Positions 22,035 to 31,073 of a stretch of DNA of 64,000 nt are shown in pieces; the stretch's first letter is position 1; every line of letters begins with the position of its first letter. The DNA is from Kiritimatiellia bacterium (GTDB lineage: Bacteria; Verrucomicrobiota; Kiritimatiellia; RFP12; UBA1067). The stretch spans positions 256,001 through 320,000 of the forward strand of contig JBMNFY010000017.1 of the NCBI GenBank assembly GCA_050949565.1. Reading direction: 5' to 3'. The notes beneath the pieces were generated by a model. That model did not search any database. It worked only from the letters and a program-made list of their open reading frames with translations, and had not been told where the DNA came from. The translations under genes were made by a program, and so were the position numbers.

Positions 22035-22715
22035 ATGCAAAACGACACGTCCGCACGTACATTCGTACTGACACCGATCGAAGCCCGCATCGTCGGTGCT
22101 TTGATCGAGAAAGCGCTCACCACGCCTGAGTATTATCCGCTCACGCTCAATGCGTTGCTCGCCGCCTGCAACCAGAGGAACAACCGTTCACCGGTCATGG
22201 CGCTTGATGAGCGCACCGTGCAGCAGGGCCTTTACGGCCTCCAAGAGAAACGACTCGCCGAGTGCTTTTCCGGCGCGACGGCGCGCGTCGTCAAATACCG
22301 CGAGCGCCTGATCGCCGAACTTGAACTGGACCCCGCCGAGCGTGCGCTGATTTGCGAGCTGCTGCTGCGCGGTCCCCAAACCCCCGGTGAGTTGCGCAGC
22401 CGCGCCTCGCGCATGCACCCTTTCGCCTCGCTGGACGAGGTCATGACTACGTTGCAACGCCTTGCAACGCGCGAAGACGGCGCGCTCGTCACCGAACTTC
22501 CGCGCCAGCCCGGCCACAAGGAGACGCGCTTCGCCCACCTGCTGGGCGACCAGCCGCCCGCTCTGGAAAAGCCCGATGTAACCGCCGACCCCGCGCCTGC
22601 CGCACCGGCGTCTCAGCAGTCTCAGCCGGACTCCCCTTCCCGTCTCGATGCGCTCGAAGCGCGCGTCGCCGCGCTGGAAGAGCAGCTCGCCGCCTTGACG
22701 GCAGAGCTGTCGTAA
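22035..22715 (+). CDS. DUF480 / YceH family protein
   Basis: LIEKALTTPEYYPLTLNALLAACNQ, LLLRGPQTPGELR, RFAHLL. Confidence 0.92.
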   Translation: MQNDTSARTFVLTPIEARIVGALIEKALTTPEYYPLTLNALLAACNQRNNRSPVMALDERTVQQGLYGLQEKRLAECFSGATARVVKYRERLIAELELDPAERALICELLLRGPQTPGELRSRASRMHPFASLDEVMTTLQRLATREDGALVTELPRQPGHKETRFAHLLGDQPPALEKPDVTADPAPAAPASQQSQPDSPSRLDALEARVAALEEQLAALTAELS

Positions 22716-22722
22716 GTCATCA

Positions 22723-22747
22723 GGGGGTTCGGGGGCGGAGCCCCCGT
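22723..22747 (+). repeat. REP copy GGGGGTTCGGGGGCGGAGCCCCCGT
   Basis: Identical to the copies at 32896-32920 and 33903-33927 that flank the RAYT gene. Confidence 0.9.
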
Positions 22748-22763
22748 CTTTACCGTCCGCCGC

Positions 22764-24104
22764 CTACTTGCCAGACACCGGCGCAGCGGCGAGTTGCGCC
22801 TTGATCCAGCAGAAGATGGTGTCCCCTATCTGACGATAGCCCTCCGGAGCGGGATGAACACCGTTATTCAGGCGGCGTCCCTCCGCCTTCGTCTGGGAAT
22901 TCCACGGCGCGTTGACCGAAGGATAGTTGTGCAGGCAGTCGAGGTTGACGTTGGAAGGGATGAGAAAGATATTTTCCTTCTCGCGTTTGCCGTACTTTTC
23001 CATCGTCCGCTCGACCACCCGCTGCTGATTCCGTTTGTATTGCCAACGGGTCTGTCCGCACTTGTAGTTGGCACCAAAGCCGTCCTGTGTTCCCACGGGC
23101 GGCACGAGCAGCAGCATCCCGATCTTCGTGTCGGCGCGAGTCTGGCGGACCATCTCGATCAACATGTCGTAGTATTTGAACATGGTGTCGATGCTGGCTT
23201 CAATGGTCTCGTCGTTGGCCCCGAAGTTGTCATTGCACCCCAACAGGAAAGTGACGAAATCGGGCGCCTTGCCCCCATTGAATTCCCGACAGTAACGGGG
23301 AAAATCCAGCGCGGGCTTTCCCGTGCCATCCGCATACAGGAACGGGCTGCCGCTTGAATTCCACGTTTTCCAGTCCTCCGTTCCGTTCCGCCTTTCTCCT
23401 TCTTTGTAGAATGTGGCGAAACGATGCGCGGTCCATCCACCATACCCCTCGATACGGACATCCGGAGTTTTCGCGTTCGGGACATGCCCAACCAAAGTGA
23501 TTTTGGGGTTACCTTCGGCCTTGCACAACTCCAGCAGGTGCGCGGGATACACGGCGGCATGCGTCAGGCTGTCACCGATTGTCAAGACACTGATGGGCAA
23601 CCCCGCGCCGGCCGTTTTTGGGGCGACCTGCAGAACAGACTCCGCGCGGGCAATGACCGCATTTGTTTCGTTCCGGACTTCGATGACGAACGGGTATTGG
23701 CCCACATCCTCCTCCGTCGGAACAAATGTCCAACGCTCAGTCTGCTGGCTTCCTTTCGCACAGTTCACGTCGAACAGATAGTTTAAGGGATTGGCCACGA
23801 GGCAGATGTTATCGAAATACACATTCATCTCGATGCCGGGCGTAGCGTAAATACGCGGCGGCAACAGGAGACGAATGGTTCCCGGAAACTGTGCGGGCAC
23901 CGTGGCCTGCGCCAGCAGACTTGCGCACGACAACACGGCCAGCAGGACAACGTGAATGCGATGGATAGTGAGGGTCTTGCAAACCTCCTTGCTTACAGGT
24001 GTGGCACGGGCATCTTGCCCGTGTTTCATGGGCGGGACGCCCATGCCACGAGGGATTTTGCAAGAATCTCTAGTTTTAATCGTGAATCCGGCTTTCTGTG
24101 TCAT
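22764..24104 (-). CDS. Secreted SGNH/GDSL hydrolase-family protein (signal peptide interrupted in-frame by a MITE)
   Basis: IGDSLT, EGYGGW, LLGCND and GVHP block motifs; RBS-like AGAGAGGGG before ATG 24104. Confidence 0.85.
   Translation of the reverse strand: MTQKAGFTIKTRDSCKIPRGMGVPPMKHGQDARATPVSKEVCKTLTIHRIHVVLLAVLSCASLLAQATVPAQFPGTIRLLLPPRIYATPGIEMNVYFDNICLVANPLNYLFDVNCAKGSQQTERWTFVPTEEDVGQYPFVIEVRNETNAVIARAESVLQVAPKTAGAGLPISVLTIGDSLTHAAVYPAHLLELCKAEGNPKITLVGHVPNAKTPDVRIEGYGGWTAHRFATFYKEGERRNGTEDWKTWNSSGSPFLYADGTGKPALDFPRYCREFNGGKAPDFVTFLLGCNDNFGANDETIEASIDTMFKYYDMLIEMVRQTRADTKIGMLLLVPPVGTQDGFGANYKCGQTRWQYKRNQQRVVERTMEKYGKREKENIFLIPSNVNLDCLHNYPSVNAPWNSQTKAEGRRLNNGVHPAPEGYRQIGDTIFCWIKAQLAAAPVSGK
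23970..24070. mobile_element. 101-bp MITE related to the IS at 31074-32726, carrying a REP-like double palindrome
   Basis: Imperfect TIRs GAGGGTCTTGCAAA/TTTGCAAGAATCTC; 4-bp TSD TAGT (23966-23969, 24071-24074); interior nearly identical to ~32640-32705. Confidence 0.85.
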
Positions 24105-24269
24105 ATTACCCCTCTCTTTGCTATTGAAAAAATCGACAGAACCGATTGAACCGAATCCATCGATTCCATCGATTCTGTCGACCATTCCCCCATCTGGGTT
24201 CAATCCGCGAACCAGACACCGACGGTCTCCGCAAAGGCCGTCAGATCGGGCAGACAGAGTCGCGTCCGG

Positions 24270-27200
24270 TTACCTCAGGAAGAGGATCGAGCCAAGGAGC
24301 GTATTGATCGTGAGCTTGCCGTTGCTGAGGAAGAGGTACTTGCTCTCATCCAACACGTTGCCCTGCGCGTCCATCAGCACCAGCGTCGGCTTGGCCCCTA
24401 CCCAGGTCGCTCCGGTGAAGTCGGCCAGAAGCGTCGAGCCGCGCGGTACGGGCGTCGGCACGACCACGGTCAGCACACCGCCAGGGGCAGCCACCGCACC
24501 GGTCACCACCAGCTTGGCACCGCTCCCGATCGTCAGGCGCTCCAGCCCCAGCACACCGGTACCGGTTCCGTTGGCTGCCACGTTCACCGTTGCTGTGCCC
24601 GCCGCAACCGTCACGTTGCTGGCCGCGACCTCATAATCCGCATTGTCCATCGATCCAGCGGCAGGTGACACGTTAAGGGTTGCGCCGTCCCCAAGATTGA
24701 ACCCGCCAAGCGAGAACGCGGCATTGTCTTCAATGAGTAGTGCCGTCAACGCGCCGCTCTGCCCATCCGCGACCGAGACCGTGTTGGCGTAGTCGGTCGA
24801 TGCCGGCACCGCGTCAACCATCGCGAAATCGCCGACGAACTGCTGGGCGGTTGCGCCGCCGGTCCCGCCGGTGAAGCCGACGTATGCACCACCTCCGCCG
24901 AACATCGCATACAGATCCACAATGCGCTCCGCCATGTAAACCTTTTCGCCTTGAGTCACGGTTACGATCAGTTTGATGCCGTCATAGACGACATCCACAT
25001 CCACACCAGCCACCAGATCGAGCCCGTTGATCGCGGTGGTGGCGTCCACTCGGGCGCCATTCTCGATCCAGCCGATGCTGTCGGCGTTGTAGATGTTGAA
25101 GAAGAGGCCGATCGAAGGCGTGATCCCATTCACACCGATTTCTCCGCCGCTCGCGCCCAGCGCCGTGAGGCCGCGCCCATCGTTCTGCAGAATGAAGGCG
25201 AAGCCGTCAGCCGGACTTGTCATCTTGTCGCCGGTTTCGTAGCGGAACGAGGCGTACCACGGCAGGTGCGGCGCCGCGACCTGCGTGTTGCAGTAGGCGC
25301 TGCCAGCCAGGCTGCCCGCATTCGCCGTGAGTTGCAGCCACTGGGCGTCGTAGCGTGTCGCCCATGTGGCCGACCCGTTGCGCGTCCACTCGGCCTGATC
25401 CAACGGATGCGCCAGTTCATTGGTGCCCGGCGTGACAGACGGTTGGATTGCGAGGGTTCCGCCGTCCAAGGCCACGTCACCGCCGCCGCCCAGCGCGGCC
25501 GGCGAGGCGACCCGCACGGTCGCGCCGCCCTCGACGCGCGTCGTGCCCGCATAGGTGTTGGCGTTATTCAGCACCAGCGTGCCGGTGCCGGAGACCACGA
25601 GCTCGCCGTCGCCGACCAGGTCATCCATCAGACCGCTCTGGTAGCGCGTTCCCGAGGTCTCGACCTCGACGGCCGCGGTGTTCGTCACAATCACCGCGTC
25701 GCCGAGCGTGGCGCCCGGGGCGAAGGTCAGCCGGCCGTTGTTGACCAGCACCGTGCCGGCGAAGACACTGGCTGACGTGACGTACACCTCGCCAGGGCCG
25801 TCCAGCACGATCAGACCGTTGCCCGAGATCATGCCGTCGACCGTCACCACGCCGGCGCGGTCAAAGGCCAACGTGCCGCCGGCGTCAACCGCCACGGCCG
25901 CGCCCGTCCCCAGTGCGCCGCTCAATCCGCCGTCGCCCACGCGCAGCGTGCCGCCGACCACCGCATAGCCGCCGGAATAGGCGGCATTGCCATCGGTCAG
26001 CGTCAATGTTCCCGGACCGTCCTTCTGGATGAACGCGCTCGCCGATCCGACGAAGCTGCCGGCGAAGAGCGTGTCGGCTTCCTGATCGATCACGACCGCC
26101 GCGTCGGTGCTCAGATTTACCACGCTGCCAGCTTCGCCCGCGAGCCCGCGTAACGCCGCACCGCTGAAGAGGATCGCCTGCGGCAGCAGGTTGGTCGTGC
26201 CGCCCGGGTAGGCGATGAAGGCGCGCAGCGCGTTGCCGCCGATGTTCTCGCGATAAAGGATATCAATATCGTGGAAGCCAGCCGTTAGCGCGATCGAGCC
26301 GTAGCGCGCGGTCACGCCCTGGTCGTAGCCGTTGTTCACGACCAACTGGCCGTTGATATAGAGCATGCTGCCGTCATCGCTGGCCGTGCCGAACGCATAG
26401 GTACCGGTCTGGCCGAGGAAAATCTTGCCGGACGCATGGAAGTCATAGAGGTCACCCTGCGCGCCGCCACTTTGCTTGTACCGATCAGGCCATTTTGAGC
26501 CGTCCGTGCCAGTGTCGAAATTGGTGCCGAGCATCAGCGAGTTGGTCACATAGTTGGGCCCGCCCGGGAAGGTCGATGCCAGATAGGTGTACCACGCGTC
26601 CAGCGATTGAAACTCACCGTACTCCGCGTCCGACGCCGAGCGGTTATAGAAGCGCATCTCAAGCCCCGTGCGCCCGAACACCTCGGCCGCAGTGCCGGTT
26701 GCCAGCGAAAGCGTGCCGAGCACGCCCGCGCCGTTGGTGAGCACCACGCCGCCGGCGCGCACATCCAGCACACCGAAGTAATCGCTATTGCCGGAGTCGA
26801 ACGTCAGGATTCCCGTGCCCTCTTTCACGACGCGTCCCAAGCGGTTCGATCCGAGGAAACCGCCGCAATAGGTCATGTCGGCGTCGTCGGTCACGCGCAG
26901 TGTGGCCGCGCCCAGGTCCGTGAAGCGCACCGCGCCATCCGCGCCGTCCAGCGTCCCGACCCGCGCCTCGCCCGAGTCTGTCCCGGTGTAGAGCAGATTG
27001 TTGGGAAGCTCCCGCAGCGCCACGGCGCCCGGCGGCCTGAACCACACGGTCAGCCCCTGGTCGCCGCTCGCCTCGAAAAAGGCGATGGCGATCTGGTGCA
27101 TGCCGGCCTCCAGTTCGACGTAAGTCACGACATTGCTGTCGCCCGGCGTATAACTCTGCATGGCGTTGTTGTCGACGACCATCTGCCCGTCGATGAAGAG

Positions 27201-30200
27201 CACGCTGCCGTCGTCGCTGGCTGTGGCAAAGCCGTAGCTCCCGCTCGTTTGCGCCGCGAAAAGTCCCTCCCACAACACGGCGAAGTTGCTGGTGTCCTTC
27301 ACATTATAGGGTGCCGGGAAGCGCGAGCCGGTATTCAGCGCGTTGAAGGTAGCGCCAAAGCCAGTGCTGTTATGGACGACATTCGGCGTCTTTCCGCTCA
27401 GGAAGTTGGTCACTGCGGCGTAGGACACGAAGTCGCTCACGGAAGGGACTGCAGCCAGCGTGTAGTATTCGCCGATCAGGCCTTGTGTGCCGAACGCCAC
27501 GCCCAGCGTGCCGCCGGCAGTCTCGACCACACCGGTGACCGCAGTATTGCCGAACAGCTCCAGCGTTCCCGCGCGGATCTCGGCGTTGGCAAAGGATCCG
27601 TCCGGATGGGTTAGCCTCTGCGTCCCGCCGCCGACTTTAATCACATCGAGCTGCGGATCGGTGGTGCCGGCGAACGAGGCCGTCACGTTGTCCGCGCCGA
27701 CATAGAGCGCCGTGGTGGTGCCCACGCTGTCCTTGACCTGTCCGGCACCGTTCAGGCCGCCGACCTGCAGATCGCGCCCATCGGTCTCCAGCGTCGCGCC
27801 GGCGGCGATCGTCACCGCCCCTTTGCCGGCCCCGCTGGGCAGGACATTGGTTGCGGTCACGCGCAACGTGCCGGCGTCGATGTAGGTGACGCCGCCGTAG
27901 CTGTTCTGTCCGGAGAGCGTGAGCGTGCCGCTCCCCTCTTTGCGCAGCGAACCCGCGCCGGAGAAGGGATAAGAGAGGGCCCAGTCGCTGTTGTAGTTGA
28001 GCGCAAGCGTTCCGTTGACCGCGAAGGTGCCGGCGGGCGACCAACTGAAATTTGCGCCGTCGCCGATCCTCAGGTTGCGTCCCGACGGGATGTCGAGCAG
28101 TCCGCTGTAACTGTTGTTCGCGCCGGCGAAGGTCACCCAGCCGCCGTCGGTGGCCGTGATTTTCCCTGACCCCGCCAGATTGCCGGCAACGGTCATGGCA
28201 AAGCTGCCCCACGGATGCAGCTCGAGTCCGCCCGGGCCCACCGTGACGCCGCGGTTGGCCGGCAGAGTGAAGTTGGCGTTGCCGCTGCGGATCACGCCGT
28301 TGTCCACATAGAGATTGTCCGGGTCGGGCGCGGCCGGCACGGCACCCAGTCCGTCCTCTTTGATGAAGAGCACCCCGCGGTTCGTCACCACCGTGCCGCC
28401 GGAGTAGGTGTTGCCGCTCTTCAGCTCCACGATGCCGGGCGTGCCGATGACCACGCCGGTCGCTTCGGCGCCGTCGGCCAGATTGCTCACGGAGAGCCCG
28501 CGGTTGGACGCACTGACGTAAACCTGATTGCCGCCGCCGAGCAGATAGGTGTCGGTCGCGGCCGCCGGCGTCAGCGTGCCAGCATAGTCGAGGCTCAGCT
28601 CGGCCGCGCCCACCGTGAGGCCGGGATGGTTGCTGAGGTCGATGTTCTGCGCCGCGTTGGCGCTGCCCAGCAGCAGCACGCCGGAGGAGCCAGACGTGAT
28701 GCGTCCGGTGACCAGCGCGTTCACGTCCATCGCCGCGGTCAGGCGCAGGACCGCGCCGTGGCTCAGGTCGATGTCCGGCACGCCGGGTGTCCCCTGCACG
28801 CCGAGCGCGTTAGCGTGAGCCAGCGTCACCGTCGCGCCATCGATCTCTGCGCCGCCGGTGAAGGTGTTGTTGCCCGCGAGCGTCATGCCGCTGCCGTTCG
28901 CGCCGATGACGGTCAAATGGCCGGGCGTGGCGCCGGCGTCGGCGATCACCGCGTCGTAGACGACTGTGCCGCCCTCGGTTTCAAAGGTGTAATCGCCCTG
29001 ATACGGGGTGAAGGTGCCGGTGTACGTCAGCGCCCCCACAAAGGCCAGCCGCAGATCCGGGAAGGACGAAAAATCGACGGCATCCGCGGCATTGGCCGGG
29101 AAGAGGGCGAGCGCGCCCTTGGATGCGGGATCCATGCGCGCCAGCAGCAGGGCCGGACCGCCCGCAGCGGCATAGCCGATCGCGGCATCCGCCGTGTTGG
29201 TCAGCGTGACCGTGCCCGCGTAGCCGGCCGGCAACCCGTTGGTGTGGCTGAAGAAGAGGTCGCCGGCCAAGACATCGATATCGCCGGTGAAGGTGTTGGC
29301 GCCGGCGAAGGTGATCCGTCCCGCGCCGCTCTTGGTCAGGCCGCCGCCGATGCTGGCCGGGTCTTCGGTCAGGGCCTGCGCCGCCGTAACCGCGACACCG
29401 GCGGGCACGCTGAAGGCCGCACCGCCGGCCTGCACGCGGGCCGCCGTCAGGTTGTACATGAAATCGGTGCGCGAATTCACGGCCTCGACCGTGCCGCCGT
29501 TCAGGAACAGCAGATTGGTGCCGGCCGTGGCAGACGCATAAAGCCGCTGCGCGCGGAGGATGCCGCCGTTCAGGGTGACTGCTCCGTACGCAGCGTTGGT
29601 GGCTGTGCCGGTGCTCCACACGAGGCTGTCGGTCGCGTTAACCAGACCGCCGTTGACCGTGATCTCACCGCGCGCGCCGTTGGCGTTGACGACAAGATTC
29701 TTGCCGGGCAGGCGGCAGCCGAGTTCGCCGCCGTTGACCGTGACGGTCGCCTGCGCGCCGAGGCTGCTCGCCGCATAGAACCAGCCGTTGGACACAAAGG
29801 CGCCGCCGCCGTCACCCACTGTCAGACTGCCGACACTGCCGGCGCTGGCAGCCACGATCAGGTCGCGGTCCACATCGATCACCGCCGGATCGCCGCTGCC
29901 GCCGACCGTCGCCGTGGCATCGCCGCCGCGCACGCCCATGTTGAGGTTGATCGCGCCGCTGCCGGGCACCCGAAGATGGCCGTTGGCGACCGTCAGGGCA
30001 AACGCCGCATTGTCCGCCAGCTCGACAGAGGCCAGCGCACCCAGCGTCAGCTTCGCGCCGCCGCTGATCGTCAGGCCGCCGGCGGCCGGAAACAGATGAT
30101 TGAGCATCAGGTCGCCGGAGAGCACCGCGATGCCGCCGTTGTTGATCCAGACCGTTTCGCCGTTCTCGCCGACATTGCCGCCTTGCCAGTTGGCCGGATC

Positions 30201-31028
30201 GGCCCACGGCAGCGGTGTGCCCGCCGCGCCGGCCCAGATCGTCTGATACTGGCTGTTCTCAAGCTGATAGTTGGCGACGACCTGCGCCTCGCTGAGCGTG
30301 CCGCTGTGCACGCGCACTTTGGAGATCGACCCGCTGAAGAGCATCTGCCAGTTCTTGGCCCCGCGGTCCCAGACCCCGCCCAGGGCAAAGGGTGCCCCGC
30401 CGCGCAGATTGCTCACCGCCGGGGTCTTGGCAATGCGCAGCGAACCGTCGGCATAGAGCCGCTCGACGCCGGCGGCGTCGCGCGTGATCACGATGTGGTG
30501 CCACAGCCCGGCCATCGGCGGCGTGCCGTTCCAAGGAATGTTGCAACTCCCGTTGTAGTGCTCCACGGCGTTCCCGGCATCCGAGCCGTAACGGATCTCC
30601 ATGCAGGTGCCGTCTGCCGAGCCTGTCCACAACCCGCGGTCGGTCCAAGACAGCAGGTTCTCGGCCCCCTGCTGAAGCACCGGGTTCAGCACCCAGATCT
30701 CGGCGCTCCACACCGTATTCTCACCCAGCAGCGAGGCCGCCGGCGCGACGGTGTTGGTCATGATTGAGTTGGCCGAGGCCGCAAAGGTCACAGCCGGTGC
30801 GCCGCTGACACTGGCCTGATACACTGCGCCCGTACCCGCCATCGCCGGCACAAAATTCCCGCCCAGCGAACCGGCGTTGGTCCAGGCGCTCACCGCCGTG
30901 TCCGGCGTCCAGGCAGACAGCGACGCCGCATCCACATCCACGAGCAAATCGCCCGCAACTTTGAGTTGCGCGTGCGCCGCACAAACCGACACCAACAGAA
31001 CAATACCTGCCCTCAACCCAATTCTCAT
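24270..31028 (-). CDS. Giant secreted protein (~2250 aa): LamG-like N-terminal domain, PATR repeats, two PA14 domains and a legume-lectin-like domain
   Basis: Signal MRIGLRAGIVLLVSVCAAHA; WHHIVITRD...LYADG (LamG); repeats such as LTKSGAGRITFAGANTFTG; FATASDDGSVLFIDG and FGTASDDGSMLYING (PA14); PADGFAFILQ...YVGFTGGTGG (L-lectin). Confidence 0.88.
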   Translation of the reverse strand: MRIGLRAGIVLLVSVCAAHAQLKVAGDLLVDVDAASLSAWTPDTAVSAWTNAGSLGGNFVPAMAGTGAVYQASVSGAPAVTFAASANSIMTNTVAPAASLLGENTVWSAEIWVLNPVLQQGAENLLSWTDRGLWTGSADGTCMEIRYGSDAGNAVEHYNGSCNIPWNGTPPMAGLWHHIVITRDAAGVERLYADGSLRIAKTPAVSNLRGGAPFALGGVWDRGAKNWQMLFSGSISKVRVHSGTLSEAQVVANYQLENSQYQTIWAGAAGTPLPWADPANWQGGNVGENGETVWINNGGIAVLSGDLMLNHLFPAAGGLTISGGAKLTLGALASVELADNAAFALTVANGHLRVPGSGAINLNMGVRGGDATATVGGSGDPAVIDVDRDLIVAASAGSVGSLTVGDGGGAFVSNGWFYAASSLGAQATVTVNGGELGCRLPGKNLVVNANGARGEITVNGGLVNATDSLVWSTGTATNAAYGAVTLNGGILRAQRLYASATAGTNLLFLNGGTVEAVNSRTDFMYNLTAARVQAGGAAFSVPAGVAVTAAQALTEDPASIGGGLTKSGAGRITFAGANTFTGDIDVLAGDLFFSHTNGLPAGYAGTVTLTNTADAAIGYAAAGGPALLLARMDPASKGALALFPANAADAVDFSSFPDLRLAFVGALTYTGTFTPYQGDYTFETEGGTVVYDAVIADAGATPGHLTVIGANGSGMTLAGNNTFTGGAEIDGATVTLAHANALGVQGTPGVPDIDLSHGAVLRLTAAMDVNALVTGRITSGSSGVLLLGSANAAQNIDLSNHPGLTVGAAELSLDYAGTLTPAAATDTYLLGGGNQVYVSASNRGLSVSNLADGAEATGVVIGTPGIVELKSGNTYSGGTVVTNRGVLFIKEDGLGAVPAAPDPDNLYVDNGVIRSGNANFTLPANRGVTVGPGGLELHPWGSFAMTVAGNLAGSGKITATDGGWVTFAGANNSYSGLLDIPSGRNLRIGDGANFSWSPAGTFAVNGTLALNYNSDWALSYPFSGAGSLRKEGSGTLTLSGQNSYGGVTYIDAGTLRVTATNVLPSGAGKGAVTIAAGATLETDGRDLQVGGLNGAGQVKDSVGTTTALYVGADNVTASFAGTTDPQLDVIKVGGGTQRLTHPDGSFANAEIRAGTLELFGNTAVTGVVETAGGTLGVAFGTQGLIGEYYTLAAVPSVSDFVSYAAVTNFLSGKTPNVVHNSTGFGATFNALNTGSRFPAPYNVKDTSNFAVLWEGLFAAQTSGSYGFATASDDGSVLFIDGQMVVDNNAMQSYTPGDSNVVTYVELEAGMHQIAIAFFEASGDQGLTVWFRPPGAVALRELPNNLLYTGTDSGEARVGTLDGADGAVRFTDLGAATLRVTDDADMTYCGGFLGSNRLGRVVKEGTGILTFDSGNSDYFGVLDVRAGGVVLTNGAGVLGTLSLATGTAAEVFGRTGLEMRFYNRSASDAEYGEFQSLDAWYTYLASTFPGGPNYVTNSLMLGTNFDTGTDGSKWPDRYKQSGGAQGDLYDFHASGKIFLGQTGTYAFGTASDDGSMLYINGQLVVNNGYDQGVTARYGSIALTAGFHDIDILYRENIGGNALRAFIAYPGGTTNLLPQAILFSGAALRGLAGEAGSVVNLSTDAAVVIDQEADTLFAGSFVGSASAFIQKDGPGTLTLTDGNAAYSGGYAVVGGTLRVGDGGLSGALGTGAAVAVDAGGTLAFDRAGVVTVDGMISGNGLIVLDGPGEVYVTSASVFAGTVLVNNGRLTFAPGATLGDAVIVTNTAAVEVETSGTRYQSGLMDDLVGDGELVVSGTGTLVLNNANTYAGTTRVEGGATVRVASPAALGGGGDVALDGGTLAIQPSVTPGTNELAHPLDQAEWTRNGSATWATRYDAQWLQLTANAGSLAGSAYCNTQVAAPHLPWYASFRYETGDKMTSPADGFAFILQNDGRGLTALGASGGEIGVNGITPSIGLFFNIYNADSIGWIENGARVDATTAINGLDLVAGVDVDVVYDGIKLIVTVTQGEKVYMAERIVDLYAMFGGGGAYVGFTGGTGGATAQQFVGDFAMVDAVPASTDYANTVSVADGQSGALTALLIEDNAAFSLGGFNLGDGATLNVSPAAGSMDNADYEVAASNVTVAAGTATVNVAANGTGTGVLGLERLTIGSGAKLVVTGAVAAPGGVLTVVVPTPVPRGSTLLADFTGATWVGAKPTLVLMDAQGNVLDESKYLFLSNGKLTINTLLGSILFLR

Positions 31029-31073
31029 AATACGCCTCCACATCTGATTGGCCGTCTGCCAATTTAATCATGA

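Noticed and set aside
28215-30767. 850-aa plus-strand ORF and other long antisense ORFs (e.g. 31423..32427, 59228..60577)
   Set aside because: Shadow frames opposite well-supported genes in high-GC DNA; Arg/Ala/Gly-rich with no motifs.
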